From contig OZ024741.1 in NCBI GenBank assembly GCA_964016885.1, positions 71,176,001 through 71,240,000 of the forward strand: 64,000 nt of DNA. The letters are read 5' to 3'. This DNA is from Eledone cirrhosa. Taxonomy: Eukaryota. Positions within the stretch are counted from its first letter, which is position 1; every line of letters starts with the position of its first letter. Below, piece after piece: positions 27,407 through 41,475 of the stretch. Both the position numbers and the translations under genes were made by a program. Below the pieces are notes generated by a model. It was not told the DNA's origin and searched no databases. It saw nothing but the letters and a program-made list of their open reading frames with translations.

Positions 27407-28022
27407 TACACACTCTCTCTTTTGCGCTCTCATTTCTCACACACACTATCTGTATGCCTCTCCTTCATACCCTCACAAGATGTCATTAATCTCTTCAACA
27501 GAAGTAAAGTGAAGAGGGAGAGGAGGGACTACATTTAAATTATGAATGACCCTCACTTGAAAGAGGTTAAAGCTATTATTTCTCAATGGTCCGTGGAAAG
27601 AAAAATGTAAGATGAAAGAAATTAGTTGAAGATATTGGTGTAACCTTCGTTTTAAAAGAAAGTGAGAGGGTGAGTGAAGGAGTGAGTGTTAGTAGGTGAG
27701 TGTGAGTGAAGGAGAGAATGAGAGGGTGTAAAGAGTAAAAAATCTTAGTGTAAATGTGAGAGTGTGGATGAGTGAGTGTGAAAGTGTAAAGAGAATTGGT
27801 GGAAATCTGTAAATAAAGTTTGTAAATTAAGCTACTTCAAAGATGTTATTCCCTGTTTTTCCACCAATTCCAGCTTTCTTTCTCGAGTTTCCTTGTTTTC
27901 TAGTTATAGTTTATACCTTTAAGATTTGAGCCTGCTTCCTTTCCTTTAACCCATTGAAGCTCTGTTGAATTTTGACTATGAGTGTTCCAGATATGAGGTC
28001 AACAGAACAGCCTATGTGTTAA

Positions 28023-28412
28023 CCCTTTAGCATTTACATTACTCTATATTTACTATTGTATTTTCATGGTATAGGCTTTACCTCAGATAATTATTTCACA
28101 TAATATCGAATCTGTGAGACTGATATTATTTATAGGGTCGGACGCCATGCTTTGCAGCAAAGAGTTACGGCCCTTTATGCTCTGAGTTCAACTCTCGCCG
28201 AAGTTAACTTTGCCTTTCATCCTTACGGGGTCGATAAAATAAAGTACCAGTAATACACTGGATTAATTGCTGGCATTGTGCCAAAAGTAAAAACAATTAT
28301 TTATTTTGAAAACAATACCTTAACATCAGTATGAGCGGTCGGTTACAGCCAGTTTGAACAGAAAGAGGTGAAAGAATTCTGATTGGATATAGCTGGTTTA
28401 AATGCTAAAGGG
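28023..28412. mobile_element. piggyBac-type MITE with a nested SINE (~28133-28300)
   Basis: TTAA-flanked TIRs; SINE body interrupts the MITE at an 'attatttat' site. Confidence 0.88.
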
Positions 28413-29344
28413 TTAAATTAATGTGTCAGTGGCTGAGTATTCTCCAAACACATGTAAATTTAAAATAATTCCTAAGTAAAATCAATGTGATGAGACTGTC
28501 CCTTTGAATTACAGTTACAGTCCATCTAACAGACATGTTCCATCTACCCCATTTTACTCACAAGCCTTGGGTCAACTAAAAAAAAAAAATGACTGTCCCA
28601 AGCCCAGAGGCAATCAGGTCAGTGCTTACCTTGGTTTCAATGGCATTAAGCAAGTGAAAGTATTTCCCCTGGATTGGACGCTAGTCCATTGCAAGCTCAT
28701 CCCCAGCAGCTGCTGGTGGTGCTCATTTTCAGCTGAGTTGACTGGACCAATGAAGTGTTTTTCTCAAGAACACAACACACTGCCCAGTCAAGAAATTGAA
28801 CCTACATTACAATCCTAAGTCCAACTTCCTAACTTAAAAGACCCTCAAAATACCGCAATTGGATTGTACCCATAACCTTATGATTGTGGCTGCATTTTTC
28901 TAGTAGTGAAGGTGTATTGATTAGTTTAGAACTTCTTCACTGACATCTTTAGCTGGGTTGATGAAGAGAAATAAAAAAAAAAACAATTAGAGAATTTAAA
29001 AAAAGCCCTTACAGTAATTAATTACCGGAGATCTATGTTAAGTCTTTCATTTAATAAGTCACTAATTGGGAGAGGAAAATCTAAAACAAGTGTTTATATT
29101 AGTAATTAAGGAGACTACTAAATATTACTAACAACTATCAAGCATATATACATATTCATTCTTACTCACACATATAGCTTTCACACCCACATACATTAAA
29201 ACTTATGCACACTTAAACATGCACACTCAAACATGCATAAAATCACACGCACACTTCTGACTATTTTGTCGAACAGACAAGGTTTGTGAGATCCACAGTA
29301 CCATGCACCATTAACAAAGAAATAGTTGTAATAGTAATAATAAC

Positions 29345-29550
29345 AGTTTCTGATTTAGGCACAATGCCAACAATTGTGGGGGAGGGGGAAATCGATTAAA
29401 TTGATCTCAGTGCATCACTGGTACTTTATTTTATTGACCCCATAAGGATGAAAGGCAAAGCTAACCCCAGCATGATTTGAAATCAGAACGTAAAAATCTG
29501 GAACAATTACTGGTAAGCATTTGTCTGACACCATAATGAATCTACCCACT
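29345..29550 (-). mobile_element. Older Meta/MESC-like SINE
   Basis: 'ctggtactttattttattgaccccataaggatgaaaggcaaag'. Confidence 0.75.
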
Positions 29551-30009
29551 GCCCCCAATAAAAGCCAGGAAGACTCTTCAACTAACCTTGTTAGTGTTGG
29601 TGATTTAAATAATAAAGGCATCCAGTACACTCTGTAAATTGGTTGGATAGGAAGGGCATCCAGCCACAGAAAACTGCCAAACATAGGGTCGAGAGGACTC
29701 TTCAGCTGTGGACATGACAACCTCCCGAGTATTGATAACATAAAATCCACTTACTGCCATACGAGATTGTGTGTAAGTGAGTTGCAGGCTGCCAACACAT
29801 CTGAGCAATTGAAGGAACATATGTGAGTGATATACAGGCTCTTGGCCTATCTATGGGGTCCGTAGCTCTACTTGAGTACAAGCCAACCCTTGCTAACAGA
29901 GAAAGTAGGCGTTAAGCAATGATGATGATGAATTAGTACAACACTTTACTTCATTATCAATTATGAAATATTTAAGTCGTTCTTGAACCTCTGTCATTTT
30001 CAATGGCAA

Positions 30010-30475
30010 GTGTCCCAGTTGACTCAATCAACAGAACTACCTGCTCATGAAATTAAAGTGTAAGTGGCTGAACATTCCAAAGACACATGCATCCTTAACA
30101 TAGATCTCAGAGAGATTCAGCATGACACAATAAGTGACACGGCTTGCCCCTTGAATTACAGGTACAACTTATTTTTGCCAGCTGAGTAGACTAAAGTAAT
30201 ATGAAATAAAGTGCTTGGCTCAAGGATTCAAGGTGTCAGCAGGTCCAGGAATTGAACTCATGACCTTATAATCATAAACCATTAATTTACATGATTGGCA
30301 GTATCAGTAGAGAGTCGGACGCCATACTTTCCAGCATAGTTACGTCCCTTTACGGTCTGTGTTCAAATCCCGCCGAGGTTAACTTTGCCTTTCATCCTTA
30401 CGGGGTCGATAAAATAAAGTACCAGTAATGTACTGGGTAATTGCTGGCCTTGTGCCAAAAGTAGAAACAATTAAT
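30010..30475. mobile_element. CORE-like SINE (minus, ~30010-30280) followed by Meta/MESC-like SINE (plus, ~30293-30475)
   Basis: Motif matches to both families. Confidence 0.8.
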
Positions 30476-32224
30476 TTACATGCCTTACTCAAAAGTAGTA
30501 GGGATGTGTACAACCTTCATCAGGGTATCGATGACTGGTGGGAGAGAGGAAACCTGCACTACATGTTTGCAGTAGAAAGGACCCTGTTCAAGGTACTCAC
30601 AGGCTAGATGATGGTGTTAAACTGGATAATGTATCTTAAAGGAATTTAAATGAACCAAAATAGGTATTACTTGTTAAAGACCATAAAATCCACCGCATTC
30701 CAAGTTAATCATTTCTAGCTAATTCCTTAACCCTTTCATTACCTTTTTATAATAAAGGACACTGTTTATGATTTTTAAATCATTTGAAAATACTCAAAAA
30801 TTTGGAGAGATTTACTAAACTGATGTTTGGAGTATAACTTAAAGGTTCTAATAAAATTATAATGAAATGTTTTTATTTAAATATAATCACTTTAACCCTT
30901 TCATTAAGTGATTTCAAATCATTTTGAAAATAATTAAGAATTTGGAGGATTTATTAACAATTAATTTTCTCATAAAATTATGATAGAAGGTTTTTAGATA
31001 AATATAAACACTTAATAAAAAGAGAACAAAGACCAGATTCAGGCAGGTTGTCATCAAAAGAGTTAAACTGCACATTTATCTTATCTTCGTTAATTACATT
31101 ATCATGCATATTAAACATTTCAGACAGCCTTTATGAAATCATATGACAATTAGCTAATATTTTAGTAAGGAATCTAAATGTCAAGTTCAGTAAATATTTC
31201 CAAGAATAAAACTCAAAGATTATCAGGAATGGCAGTTTCACCTTCAATACACTTAGAAATACATTATGCCAAGTCAAAATATAAAATTAACCCTTTTATT
31301 ACCTTATTTTTAATGAAACACACTGCCTATGATTTTTAAATAAGTTGGAAAATAATTAAGAATTTGGGAAGATTTAATAATATAACTAACTTTTTCATTA
31401 TTAAGCTGATGTTTGGGACATAATTTAATAGAAGTTCTTGCATAAAATTAGGATGGAAGGTTTTTAGATAAATATTAACATTTTAAAATAAACAGCTTTG
31501 TATCATAGAACTAGTGGTGGTTTCAGGCAGTTCTCCCAACACTCCCTCTATTTCCCCATCTATCTGTCTATCTCAATCTCTCATTTAATATATTTGCCAA
31601 GCAAATGCCTTCTCTTCCAGTTCTCTCATTCTCATGTAACATGATTTACCTTAGTGCTTCTCTCTCTCTCTCTCTCTCTCGTTTTACATTTCTTTCCTTT
31701 CAAACCCCTTTCTCCCTCTTTCCCTCCCCCACTAGATAAAAGACTATTAACTGACTCTAGTTATTTATTATCCAATACATCTCAGTGCAACAGACACATT
31801 CATCTTATGCTACTCTCAAAGAGTTCTTCTAGACAACACAGGTAAGTAGACATGTAGATAGGTAAGTATATAGATAGATAAATGAACAGACAGATAGTAA
31901 GGTAAATGAGTAGGTATATAGATATGTAGATAGATAGATGGTCTGGTAGATAGATAGATGGTCTGGTAGACAGCTTCAAAGAGAAGGTAGGCAGTTAGAT
32001 AGTAAATAGGTAGGTAGATAAATCTTTGGTAGCCAGTAGCAATATTCTAAAGACTAGGACTTTTCTCATTGACATAATTTTTTTTATATATCTTAATATT
32101 AAATTTCACTATTTCATTTTACTTTATATTTGGGGAGGGTCATGTTGTTATAATATTGCCAGAAATATATAGTAAAACACACTCAGTGTTTGGTTTTGGT
32201 TGGTTTTCGCTTCAGCATATTTTA

Positions 32225-34435
32225 TATCTCAAAGAACTCTGTCATCCAATCAGGTGTAATGACTTGGGCTTTGGTGTTGGTGTAGAGCAGTGATATCAGG
32301 TCCACTATCTTGGGGATTCCATAAGCCTGTAAGATCTTCATCAGGCAGTAACGGTCCACAGAATCAAAGGCCTTCCTAAAGTCAATGAAAACCATGACCG
32401 CAGGAAGGCACTTTGCTCTAGCTCCCTCTAATATCCTCCTCAGCATCAGGATGTGACTGGTGGTTGATCTACCCTCTCTGAAGCCGTTCTGTTTGTCCCT
32501 GAGCTTCTTCTCCATCTCAGGCTGGATCCTGTTAAGAATCATCCTGTTGAGGGTCTTTGCCACAAGTGACGTCAGTGAGATCCCCTGGTAGTTGTTGGTG
32601 TTAGGGAAATCTCCCTTCTTTGGCACTGGGATGATGTTACTGATCCTCCACTGATTCGGGGCAACTCCTTTCTCCAGTGCCCCGTTACAGAACCCCAGGA
32701 TGATATCATCAAAATCACACCTCTTCATCACCTCTGATGCCACTCCATCTTCTCCATGAGCCTTGCCCTCCTTGATCCTCTTCTTGGCTCTCTGAAGCTC
32801 CTCTCTGGTGAAGGGCTCTGTCTCAACATCCAGTTCCTCAAACAGCCGCCTGATCTCCCCAGTGCTCTGGGCTGTGGAGGGTGGCTCTCCTAGTAGGGTC
32901 CTAAAATGGTCTAGCCATTTCCTCTTCCTATCCTCGGGCCCCGTTCCCTGGATCTGACTCGAACACCTTCTCTTCCTCCCTGTGATCTCGTTGATGATCA
33001 TCCAGCTCTCCTTACATCCAGATCTATCAACCGCTCTCTCCACACTTCTGATCTTCTCTATCAGTGCCTCCTCTCTGACCTCAGTGTAAGCGGTACAGAG
33101 CTCTTCCCTCATCACCTCCACAGTCTCCATCCTCTCCTCCGTAGGATCAGCATAGAATTGGTCCCTGGCAGCTTTCAGGTGTTCTCTGGCTGCACACACT
33201 TTTGGGTTTGCAGAGCTGACGTGCTTCCCTTTGTTCTTTTTCCTCGGCACCAGGGTTTCACTTGCTTCCGCCACTGCATTGGTGAAGTGCCCGTACCTCC
33301 TCGTCACACTCTCCTCAGTCCATCCAATCTCTCTCTCTCCTCTGACTCTCCACACAGAGCACTAAACCCGTTTCTCACTTCCACTGAACCTCTCCTGTAG
33401 CTTATCATCTTCCTTGAAAGCTCCCCAGTCATAGATTGTTCTCCGGGGCTGAGCCTTGCTCTTTCTTAAGCTCACGCGGACCTCACTCATAACAAGCCGG
33501 TGGTCACTACCCAGTGTACTGAAATAGCTGTATGGTTCCGTGTTCAGAACACTATTCCGCCACTTTTTCCTCACCAGAATGAAATCAATCTGGGACTTGG
33601 ACAGGTGCATATCTGAGATGTAGGTCCACATCTTCCCCAGATTCTTCCTAAACCTTAGGTTGGTCGCCATCAAGTTCGCCTCCAGCAGGGTGTCTCTCAG
33701 TAGTCTTCCATTTCGGTTGGTGTTGTTATGGAAGTACCAGCAAGGATCTTCACTGCCCTCCTTACTCAGATGTGCATTGAAGTCCCCCAAAACAAGCAGG
33801 ATATTGTGTGCCTGAGTGGTGTTGACAGCTCTACACACCTCCTCATGGAACTCTTCCGCATTCACATCACTGTCCCCCTCGGTTGGACTATAGGCTGAGA
33901 TGACTGTCAGTCTTGGGTTTCCATTGAAGGTCACCCTCAACACTCGCGGGGAGATAGGCATTATTTCCCTCACCAACAGATTGGTTTTTGCACTGAACAC
34001 AAAACCAACTCCTCCTACTGCAGCATTTGTTGTGTTCTTCACTGCCGATGTAGTGATGAGCTGGCTCTTCCTCCCGATCATCACACTCCTCACGGGCTCA
34101 TTGTGTAGAATCCTGTGTTCTTGGATCGCAAGTATCTGTATACCACTCTCCTCGAACAGATGTCCCAACTCCTCTCTCTTCTCCAGCGTCCGAATAGTCC
34201 TCACATTCAAAGTGCCCATTTTGATGGCTCTTCTGCAGGACAAAACTGCATTCTTTATATTTGTCTCAGAAACAGCTGATCCATCATCCACTGGCCCTCT
34301 CTGTGGCTCTAAGCGAGCAGAGTCATAACGACCAGGCTGCTCCTTGACAGTGTAATTAGGGGCTCTAACCCTAGTGCTGTTAGATCGACTCTCCATATTT
34401 CTTTTCAATGGCTGACAATACCTTACCGGCGCCAC
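32225..34435 (-). pseudogene. RTE ORF 5' part: APE endonuclease and RT motifs up to ~3, one frameshift near 33360
   Basis: ORFs 33362-34435 and 32222-33355 (PVPKKG, YQGISL, QNGFREGRST, FIDFRKAFDSV). Confidence 0.93.
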
Positions 34436-34606
34436 TCGAATAAGGTAGTTATTTAACCCATAAATGGAGCCCTAACAGGTACTACCACCCCGGGCCAGGG
34501 CAGACCTGGGAGTCATGACAACTAAGGGGTAACTCCACATTCCCCTCATCTCCTGAACTCCCGAACTGGAGCCTTGCCACTGGATGTAGTTTAATGTCAT
34601 ACCCAG

Positions 34607-35547
34607 ATGACAGAGTTCTTTGAGATACTGGCTGGGGTGCTCCAGGGAGATACATTGGCTCCCTACCTTTTTATCATCGTAGTGGACTATTGTATGCGCT
34701 TTGCACTGGAGAAATACCAGGACTCTGGCTTTACTGTAGCACCGGCTCAGAGCAGGAGAGTTAGGGCGAAAAAGGTATCGGATGCTGAGTTTGCCGACGA
34801 CATAGTTTTGGTGACAAATACAGTGAAGGAGGCAGAGGATTTGATGCGGGAGGTTGAGACTGTGTCGATGAGTGTGGGGATGAGAATGAATGAGACTAAA
34901 ACAAAATATCTGGTGGAGAATGTTGAGAAGCCAGAGGGATCACTAATGTAGGCGGGAGGCCGCTGGAATTGGTTGAGGACTTCCTGTATTTGGGAGCAAA
35001 GATTGGGGATATGGAGGATGATGTGGTTGAGAGGAAGAGCAAGGCCTGGGCGGCGTGCCACAGCTTGTGATCGGTGTGGAAGTCGGACCTTCGTAGAGAC
35101 CTGAAGGTCCGCCTCTTCATTGCTGTAGTGGAGTCTGTGCTGCTGTATGGGTCTGAGACTTGGACACTGACCAAGAAACTCACTCAGATGGTGGATGGGT
35201 GCTACACGAGAATGCTGAGAATGGCTCTGAACATTAATCAGTATACACTGAGGATGAAAAACTCAGAGCTGTATGGGAGCATCCCAAAAGTCAGCTCAAA
35301 AGTGACACAGAGGAGACTGAGGTTAGCTGGACATGCTCACCGACATCCAGAGTTGACATTGCACTCAGTACTCCTTTGGGAGCCCCTACATGGACACACT
35401 AGAAGAGGAAGACCAAGGTTAACGTATGTTGATGCCCTAAGGACAGACACTGGTCTGTTGGAGATGCAGGACATGGCAGCGATAATGAGGGACAGAGACC
35501 GCTGGAGAGAACTCGTCCATGGATCTCGGGAATTTTACCCGCCTTAG
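34607..35547 (+). pseudogene. RTE ORF 3' part: RT motifs 4-7 and C-terminus, disrupted near 34945 and 35070
   Basis: ORFs 34607-34951 and 35074-35547. Confidence 0.93.
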
Positions 35548-35644
35548 ATAGATAGATATTTTATATTTCTATAATTAATTCACCTGGCAATCAATGTTTA
35601 ACATCGATTGACCAACAGTTAAAAATATAGATATAAATATAGTC

Positions 35645-35688
35645 TATCAGAGTTCTTTCATCACACACCTGTGACATCATCAGTGATA
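35645..35688 (-). ncRNA. Minimal type I hammerhead ribozyme motif (Penelope-type)
   Basis: Minus strand: TATCA-CTGATGA-t-GTCACA-ggtg-TGTGAT-GAAA-gaac-TC-TGATA; 5-bp stem I, 6-bp stem II, 2-bp stem III, CUC site. Confidence 0.7.
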
Positions 35689-36310
35689 TTATTATGTTTC
35701 CTCCAGTTGTATTGTTGTAATGTTTTCTTATTCTATTTCATTTTTTTTATGTGCACTATTAAGCCTTTTTATACCAAACTTCCTGAAATTGTCCCTGGTT
35801 CTATAATACAAAACTATTCATTTCTACTTATCTAAAGATTTTCCAGTGTAGCTCAATGTAAAAACCTCTTAAGTTATATTCCAAAAAACCAACTTAATAA
35901 CGAGAAAGTTACTTATTTTACTAAATCCTTTCAAATACTTGATTATTTTCAAAATTTATTGAAAATGATAGACAATGACTTTCATTAGAAATATGATAAC
36001 AGGAGGGCCAATCCAATAATGGTGATGATGGTGATGATAATGATTTCATTTTTCCATAAGGGCAATAAATTAAGGGCATTACAATCATAATGAATATGGT
36101 GGTGGTGGTGGTGGTAGCAGCAATAATGATGGTGATGGTAGTGGTGGTGATGATATTTGCTGCTTTTATTGTTTACTGTAGCCAAATTTGTTTATCCTAA
36201 CTTTTGAAAGGAATTTTCATATTAGAAAAACCTATCATATGTAATTTTCTGGTGGTATCATTGTGTTTGTGTGTGCTTATATGTGTGTGTGTGTATTTTT
36301 GTGAACAAAA

Positions 36311-36945
36311 AGGTGTATGGCATAATGGGTAAGATGTCAGGCTTAAGATCGTAAGGTCATGTGTTCAATTCCTGGACTGTGCAACACATTGAGCAAGACA
36401 CTTTATTTCATGTTGCTCCAATCTACTCAGCTGGCAAAAATGTAATTTAAGGGGCCAGACTAGTCACACATTATCATCATCATCATTTTACGTCCACTTT
36501 TCCCTGCTTGCAAGGGTGGGACGGGAACTGATTCTGGCTTGATTTCTACAGCTGGATGCCCTTCCTAACACCAACCTCATTTACAGTGAGTGCTGGGTGC
36601 TTTTTTGCCGTGGCACCTCCACGACCACTTTGCAGTGGAATGATAGGGACCCCAGTCCCTATCATCTCATTTCTACAGCTGAGTAAACTGGAGCAACGTG
36701 AAATAAAGTCTCTTGCTCAAGGAAACAACACATCACCCGGTCCGAGAATTGAACTCACAACCTTTCGATTGCAAGGCCAATGCTCTAACCACTAAGCCAT
36801 ATGTTGCACTGAATCTCCCTGAAAATTATGTAAAGGGTTCATGTGTCTATAGAATACTCAGCTACTTACATGTTAATTTCACAAGTAGGCAGTTACATTG
36901 ATTAAATCAAGTGGAGCTCTGGTCATCAGAAATAACAGACGGCTA
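36311..36945. mobile_element. CORE-like SINE (plus) interrupted by a full-length CORE-like/RTE-tail SINE (minus, ~36474-36800)
   Basis: Outer SINE head at 36311-36470 resumes at ~36801; inner copy is the reverse complement of 20993-21316. Confidence 0.85.
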
Positions 36946-37191
36946 AAAACATTTGTGTGTGTGTGTGTGTGTGTGTGTATTTTTATTTTAATGTGTGTAT
37001 GTGAGGAGGTATGTGTGTATATGTGGATATATGTGTATTGATATACATGTATTTGTGTGCAGAGAGTATATATGTGAATATGTGTGTGTATAGGTGTGTG
37101 TCAGAAAGCCAGAAAAACAATATTCCAATATCTACAAGAGATTCCATTCTTCCAAGATTTAGGTTTGTGTGTGTGTATGTGTATACATACA

Positions 37192-37236
<45 letters not shown>

Positions 37237-37729
37237 AGAGAGAGATAACGAGAGAGAGAGAGATAAGTATAGGTGCGGATGTATGTGTATAGTGAAACAC
37301 ACACATATATAAGTACATGTACGTGTGTTTTTGTGATAAAATAGGAATTCTCAACAAGAATGGCTCCAATCCAGATTGGTGGCCACATAATAGAAGATTG
37401 GCTCTCTTGATAAGAAAAATCTCTATTTTGAAATATTCTTTATCAAAAGATTTCCCCTCTGTTTCTTGTCAATTCTTATAATGCAGCATGAGTTTGATAG
37501 GTTGGCAAATTTGGATATACAGATGAATGAATAAACAGACTCCAATATCAATCAGATGAAAGGATGTGTTGAACTTACGATCAAAATGACATGGATTCTA
37601 TTCCTGGAACAGGTGGTACATTGTGCTCTTCAGCAAAACAATTTCGTGTTGCTCCAGAACACTGAAAATGAGCTGTAGCTGGGAGGATGAGGTTAATACC
37701 AATGAAACCAAGATAAGTATTGGCTTGAT

Positions 37730-37990
37730 GAGCTTGGGTATAAGGAGAATCAGCAGTAATGTACAAGAAAGAAGACTGCACTGGTATGGACAGGTCATGC
37801 ACGTAGATGATGATCACTGGGTAAAGTGCCAAGAAATCCCAGTGGGAGGAAGCCACAGTAGAGGAGTGTGTAATCATCATCATCACCACTGTTTTACGTC
37901 CATTCTTCCACGCTAGCATGGGTTAGACAAGTTGTCCTGTTGTGGGCAAGGCTACGTCAAGTGACCATGCCTTGCTTTTACATAACTGAT
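37730..37990. mobile_element. Old RTE RT fragment (plus) abutting an RTE subfamily A tail (minus)
   Basis: LGIRRISSNVQERRLHWYGQVM; then 'catcatcaccactgttttacgtccattcttccacgc'. Confidence 0.75.
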
Positions 37991-38465
37991 TTGTGTGTGT
38001 ATATACATATGTATGTGTGTATATATATATATATGTGTGTGTGTGTGTATTTGTGTATATATATATATATATATGTACATGTATGCGTGTGTGTGTATAT
38101 ATATATGTGTGTGTGTGTGTGTAAATATATATATATAAGCAACTAAGGTATTCAGAAAGAAATAAGTGAGTCGTGTCATCTGACCTTTATTTCTTCTAAT
38201 TACATTAAGCTAACATACCAAGACTCTAGATTGTATAGACAGTGAGTGTATATAATTGTATAGACAGTAATATATCAGTGAGTGTATATAATTGAATAGC
38301 CAACAGTAGGTTGCGTTGTGAGTTTATTTAATAAGCTATTCATTCACAGAAGATATATGTGTGTGTATGTGTGTGGATATATAAGTGCGTGTATGCGTCT
38401 AGATATGTATCCTATGTATGTGTATGTATATATATATATGTATTTATATGTATATATGTAAATAT

Positions 38466-38501
<36 letters not shown>

Positions 38502-38661
38502 GTAAACTTCTATATTTATATATATATATATATATTAATATTTATATTAATATTTATATATATATTTATATAAGTAATATATATATATATATATTAATAT
38601 ATGTTTATATATATATTTATATATATATTTATATTTATATATGTAAATATATATATATATA

Positions 38662-39038
38662 TGTTGGCTGCCAACTCGTTTTCGAGTACGGCCACTACTT
38701 TATATCCATGTAGTAGAACCCCTACCGATGCGCTGAATGAGTGTGACTTTTTAGTCCAGCCAGCGTATTGAAAACTCTGGTACAAACACTACACTTGTGA
38801 CAATTATTGACACATAGTGCTGGGCCCATGGTACCATGTGAGGACAAGTGCAGAGAGATCTCCAGATATAAAGCAATGCCTGTGCCATGAAGCTTTTATA
38901 GTGAGCAAAGGCACTGCACAAAGCCAGTCCCACTCTCTTAACCAAGATGATATTTATCAAAAAGAAGAACAAGTCAACATCATTGGATACCATCAGGGTT
39001 GCAGGTGTTATATCAGAGTTTTCCTTCTCCTAGAATTC
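38662..39038 (-). mobile_element. Second, 5'-truncated copy of the 1799-2403 element
   Basis: Near-identical to 1799-2172; flanked by (TA)n. Confidence 0.9.
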
Positions 39039-39085
39039 TATATATATATACATATATGTATACACACACACACATATATATATAT

Positions 39086-39137
<52 letters not shown>

Positions 39138-39301
39138 TTACATATATAAATATAAATATAAATCTATATATTTACATATAAATATAAATATATATATATA
39201 TATATTTACATATATAGATATAAATATATATATATATATTTACATATATACATACACATACATATATATATATTTACATACATATATATATAGATACATA
39301 G

Positions 39302-39348
<47 letters not shown>

Positions 39349-39417
39349 AATACATATGTACATACATATATACATATATATACATAAATACATATGTACA
39401 TACATATATACACACAC

Positions 39418-40105
39418 GCATGAAAGACGACAGCTGTATAACAAAGTGCAGGGCAATAAAGATAGATGGTAGCCACGGAGTAGGCAGACCCAGAAAAACC
39501 TGGGACGAGCTGATAAATTCCCACCTCACACACATACACCTCACCAAGACAATGTCACTGGACCGAGACCTTTGGCGGTACTCGGTAATAGAAAAGACCC
39601 GCCTTACCTAAATACAAAGTAAAACCTACTACAGTCAGTAGGCATCTCTAACAAAATACACCCCCGTACCACCACCCCCACCCCATCCACACCGCCCCTT
39701 TCAATGTAAAGTTATGTTGGTGCCACAACATTCAGGCCGAAACAAATGAGATCGTGTAGGTGTCACGACAAAAAACACACAGTCCACGCTGTAATGTGGC
39801 CGTGTAGGCAACACGGTAAAGACCTCCCACACTGTAAATGTGGTTGGTGTTAGGAAGGGCATCCAGCTGTAGAAAACACGCCAGACAGTCCACGCTGTAA
39901 TGTGGCCGTGTAGGCAATACGGTAAAAACCTCCCAGTCCCACACTGTAAATGTGGTTGGTGTTAGGAAGGGCATCCAGCTGTAGGTAACCCGCCAGACAG
40001 TCCTATGCGAGCAAGACAACCACTCTTGCCTCAAGTGGGAAAACTCCCGTCCAAACCCATGCAAGCGTGGAACATGGACGTTAAGCGATGATGATGATGA
40101 TGATG
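39418..40105 (+). mobile_element. 5'-truncated RTE LINE, subfamily B
   Basis: MKDDSC...EKTRLT, 3' UTR with two repeat units, GAT tail. Confidence 0.92.
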
Positions 40106-40400
40106 ACATACATATATACATAAACATACATATATACATAAACATACATAAACATACATATATACATAAACATACAACTATATATAAACATACATATATA
40201 CATAAACATACAACTATATATAAACATACATATATACATAAACATACAACTATATATAAACATACAACTATATATAAACATACATATATACATAAACATA
40301 CATATATACATAAACATACAACTATATATAAACATACATATATACATAAACATACAACTATATATAAACATAAACATACAACTATATATAAACATACATA

Positions 40401-40431
<31 letters not shown>

Positions 40432-40528
40432 GCTACATATATATATTTACATATATACATGCATACATACACATACCTACATATATATTTACATATATAC
40501 ATATACACACATATATATATATACACCT

Positions 40529-40561
<33 letters not shown>

Positions 40562-41475
40562 CATACATACACACCCACATATATATACAGAGACATACAT
40601 AAACTGTCTCAAACAAGTAGGTAATAATCTACCTAACATGACATAGCACTTAAGAAAGAAAGAGTGAAGTTAAGTAATAATAGACATTCTAGGTGCTGCC
40701 TCCCTGGAGTAGCAACTTTTCAATTTGCCTGCAATCAATAGATTGCATACAAGGTGAGAATAGAACAAGTCACTGGAACAAATGAACAAGACATATATAT
40801 ATACTTTATGAATACATATATAAACACATATATATACATATACATACACACACATATATATACATACACATACATATATATATACATACACATACATATA
40901 CATACACATACATATATATACATACACATACATACATATATATATATACATACACACACATATATATACATACACATACATATATATATACATACACATA
41001 CATATATATACATACACATACATACATATATATATATACATACACATACATATATATACATACACATACATATATATACATACACATACATACATATATA
41101 TACATACACATACATACATATATATACATACACATACATACATATATACATACACATACATATATATATATATACATACACATACATATATATATATATA
41201 CATACACATACATATATATACATACACATACATACATATATATACATACACATACATACATATATATATATACATACACATACATATATATACATACACA
41301 TACATACATATACATATACATACATATATATACATACACATACATAAATATATATACATACACATACATATATATATATATATACATACACACATATATA
41401 TATATATACATACACATACATATATATATATATATATACATACATACATACACATATATATACATACACATACAT
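40106..41475. repeat. Compound microsatellite with 18-bp units (catacaactatatataaa), interrupted at ~40600-40790
   Basis: Directly visible. Confidence 0.9.

Larger units (their letters stand above)
32225..35555. mobile_element. Near full-length RTE-clade LINE (distinct family) with an inverted 5' segment
   Basis: Minus 32225-34606 holds 5' UTR, APE endonuclease (GTLNVRT, LAIQEH, AYSPT, GDFNA, IDFIL, SDH) and RT N-half. Plus 34607-35547 holds RT C-half (QGDTLAPYLF, FADD, LLYGSETW). (TAGA)n tail; 11-bp TSD atattttatat at 32217-32227 and 35556-35566. Confidence 0.95.
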
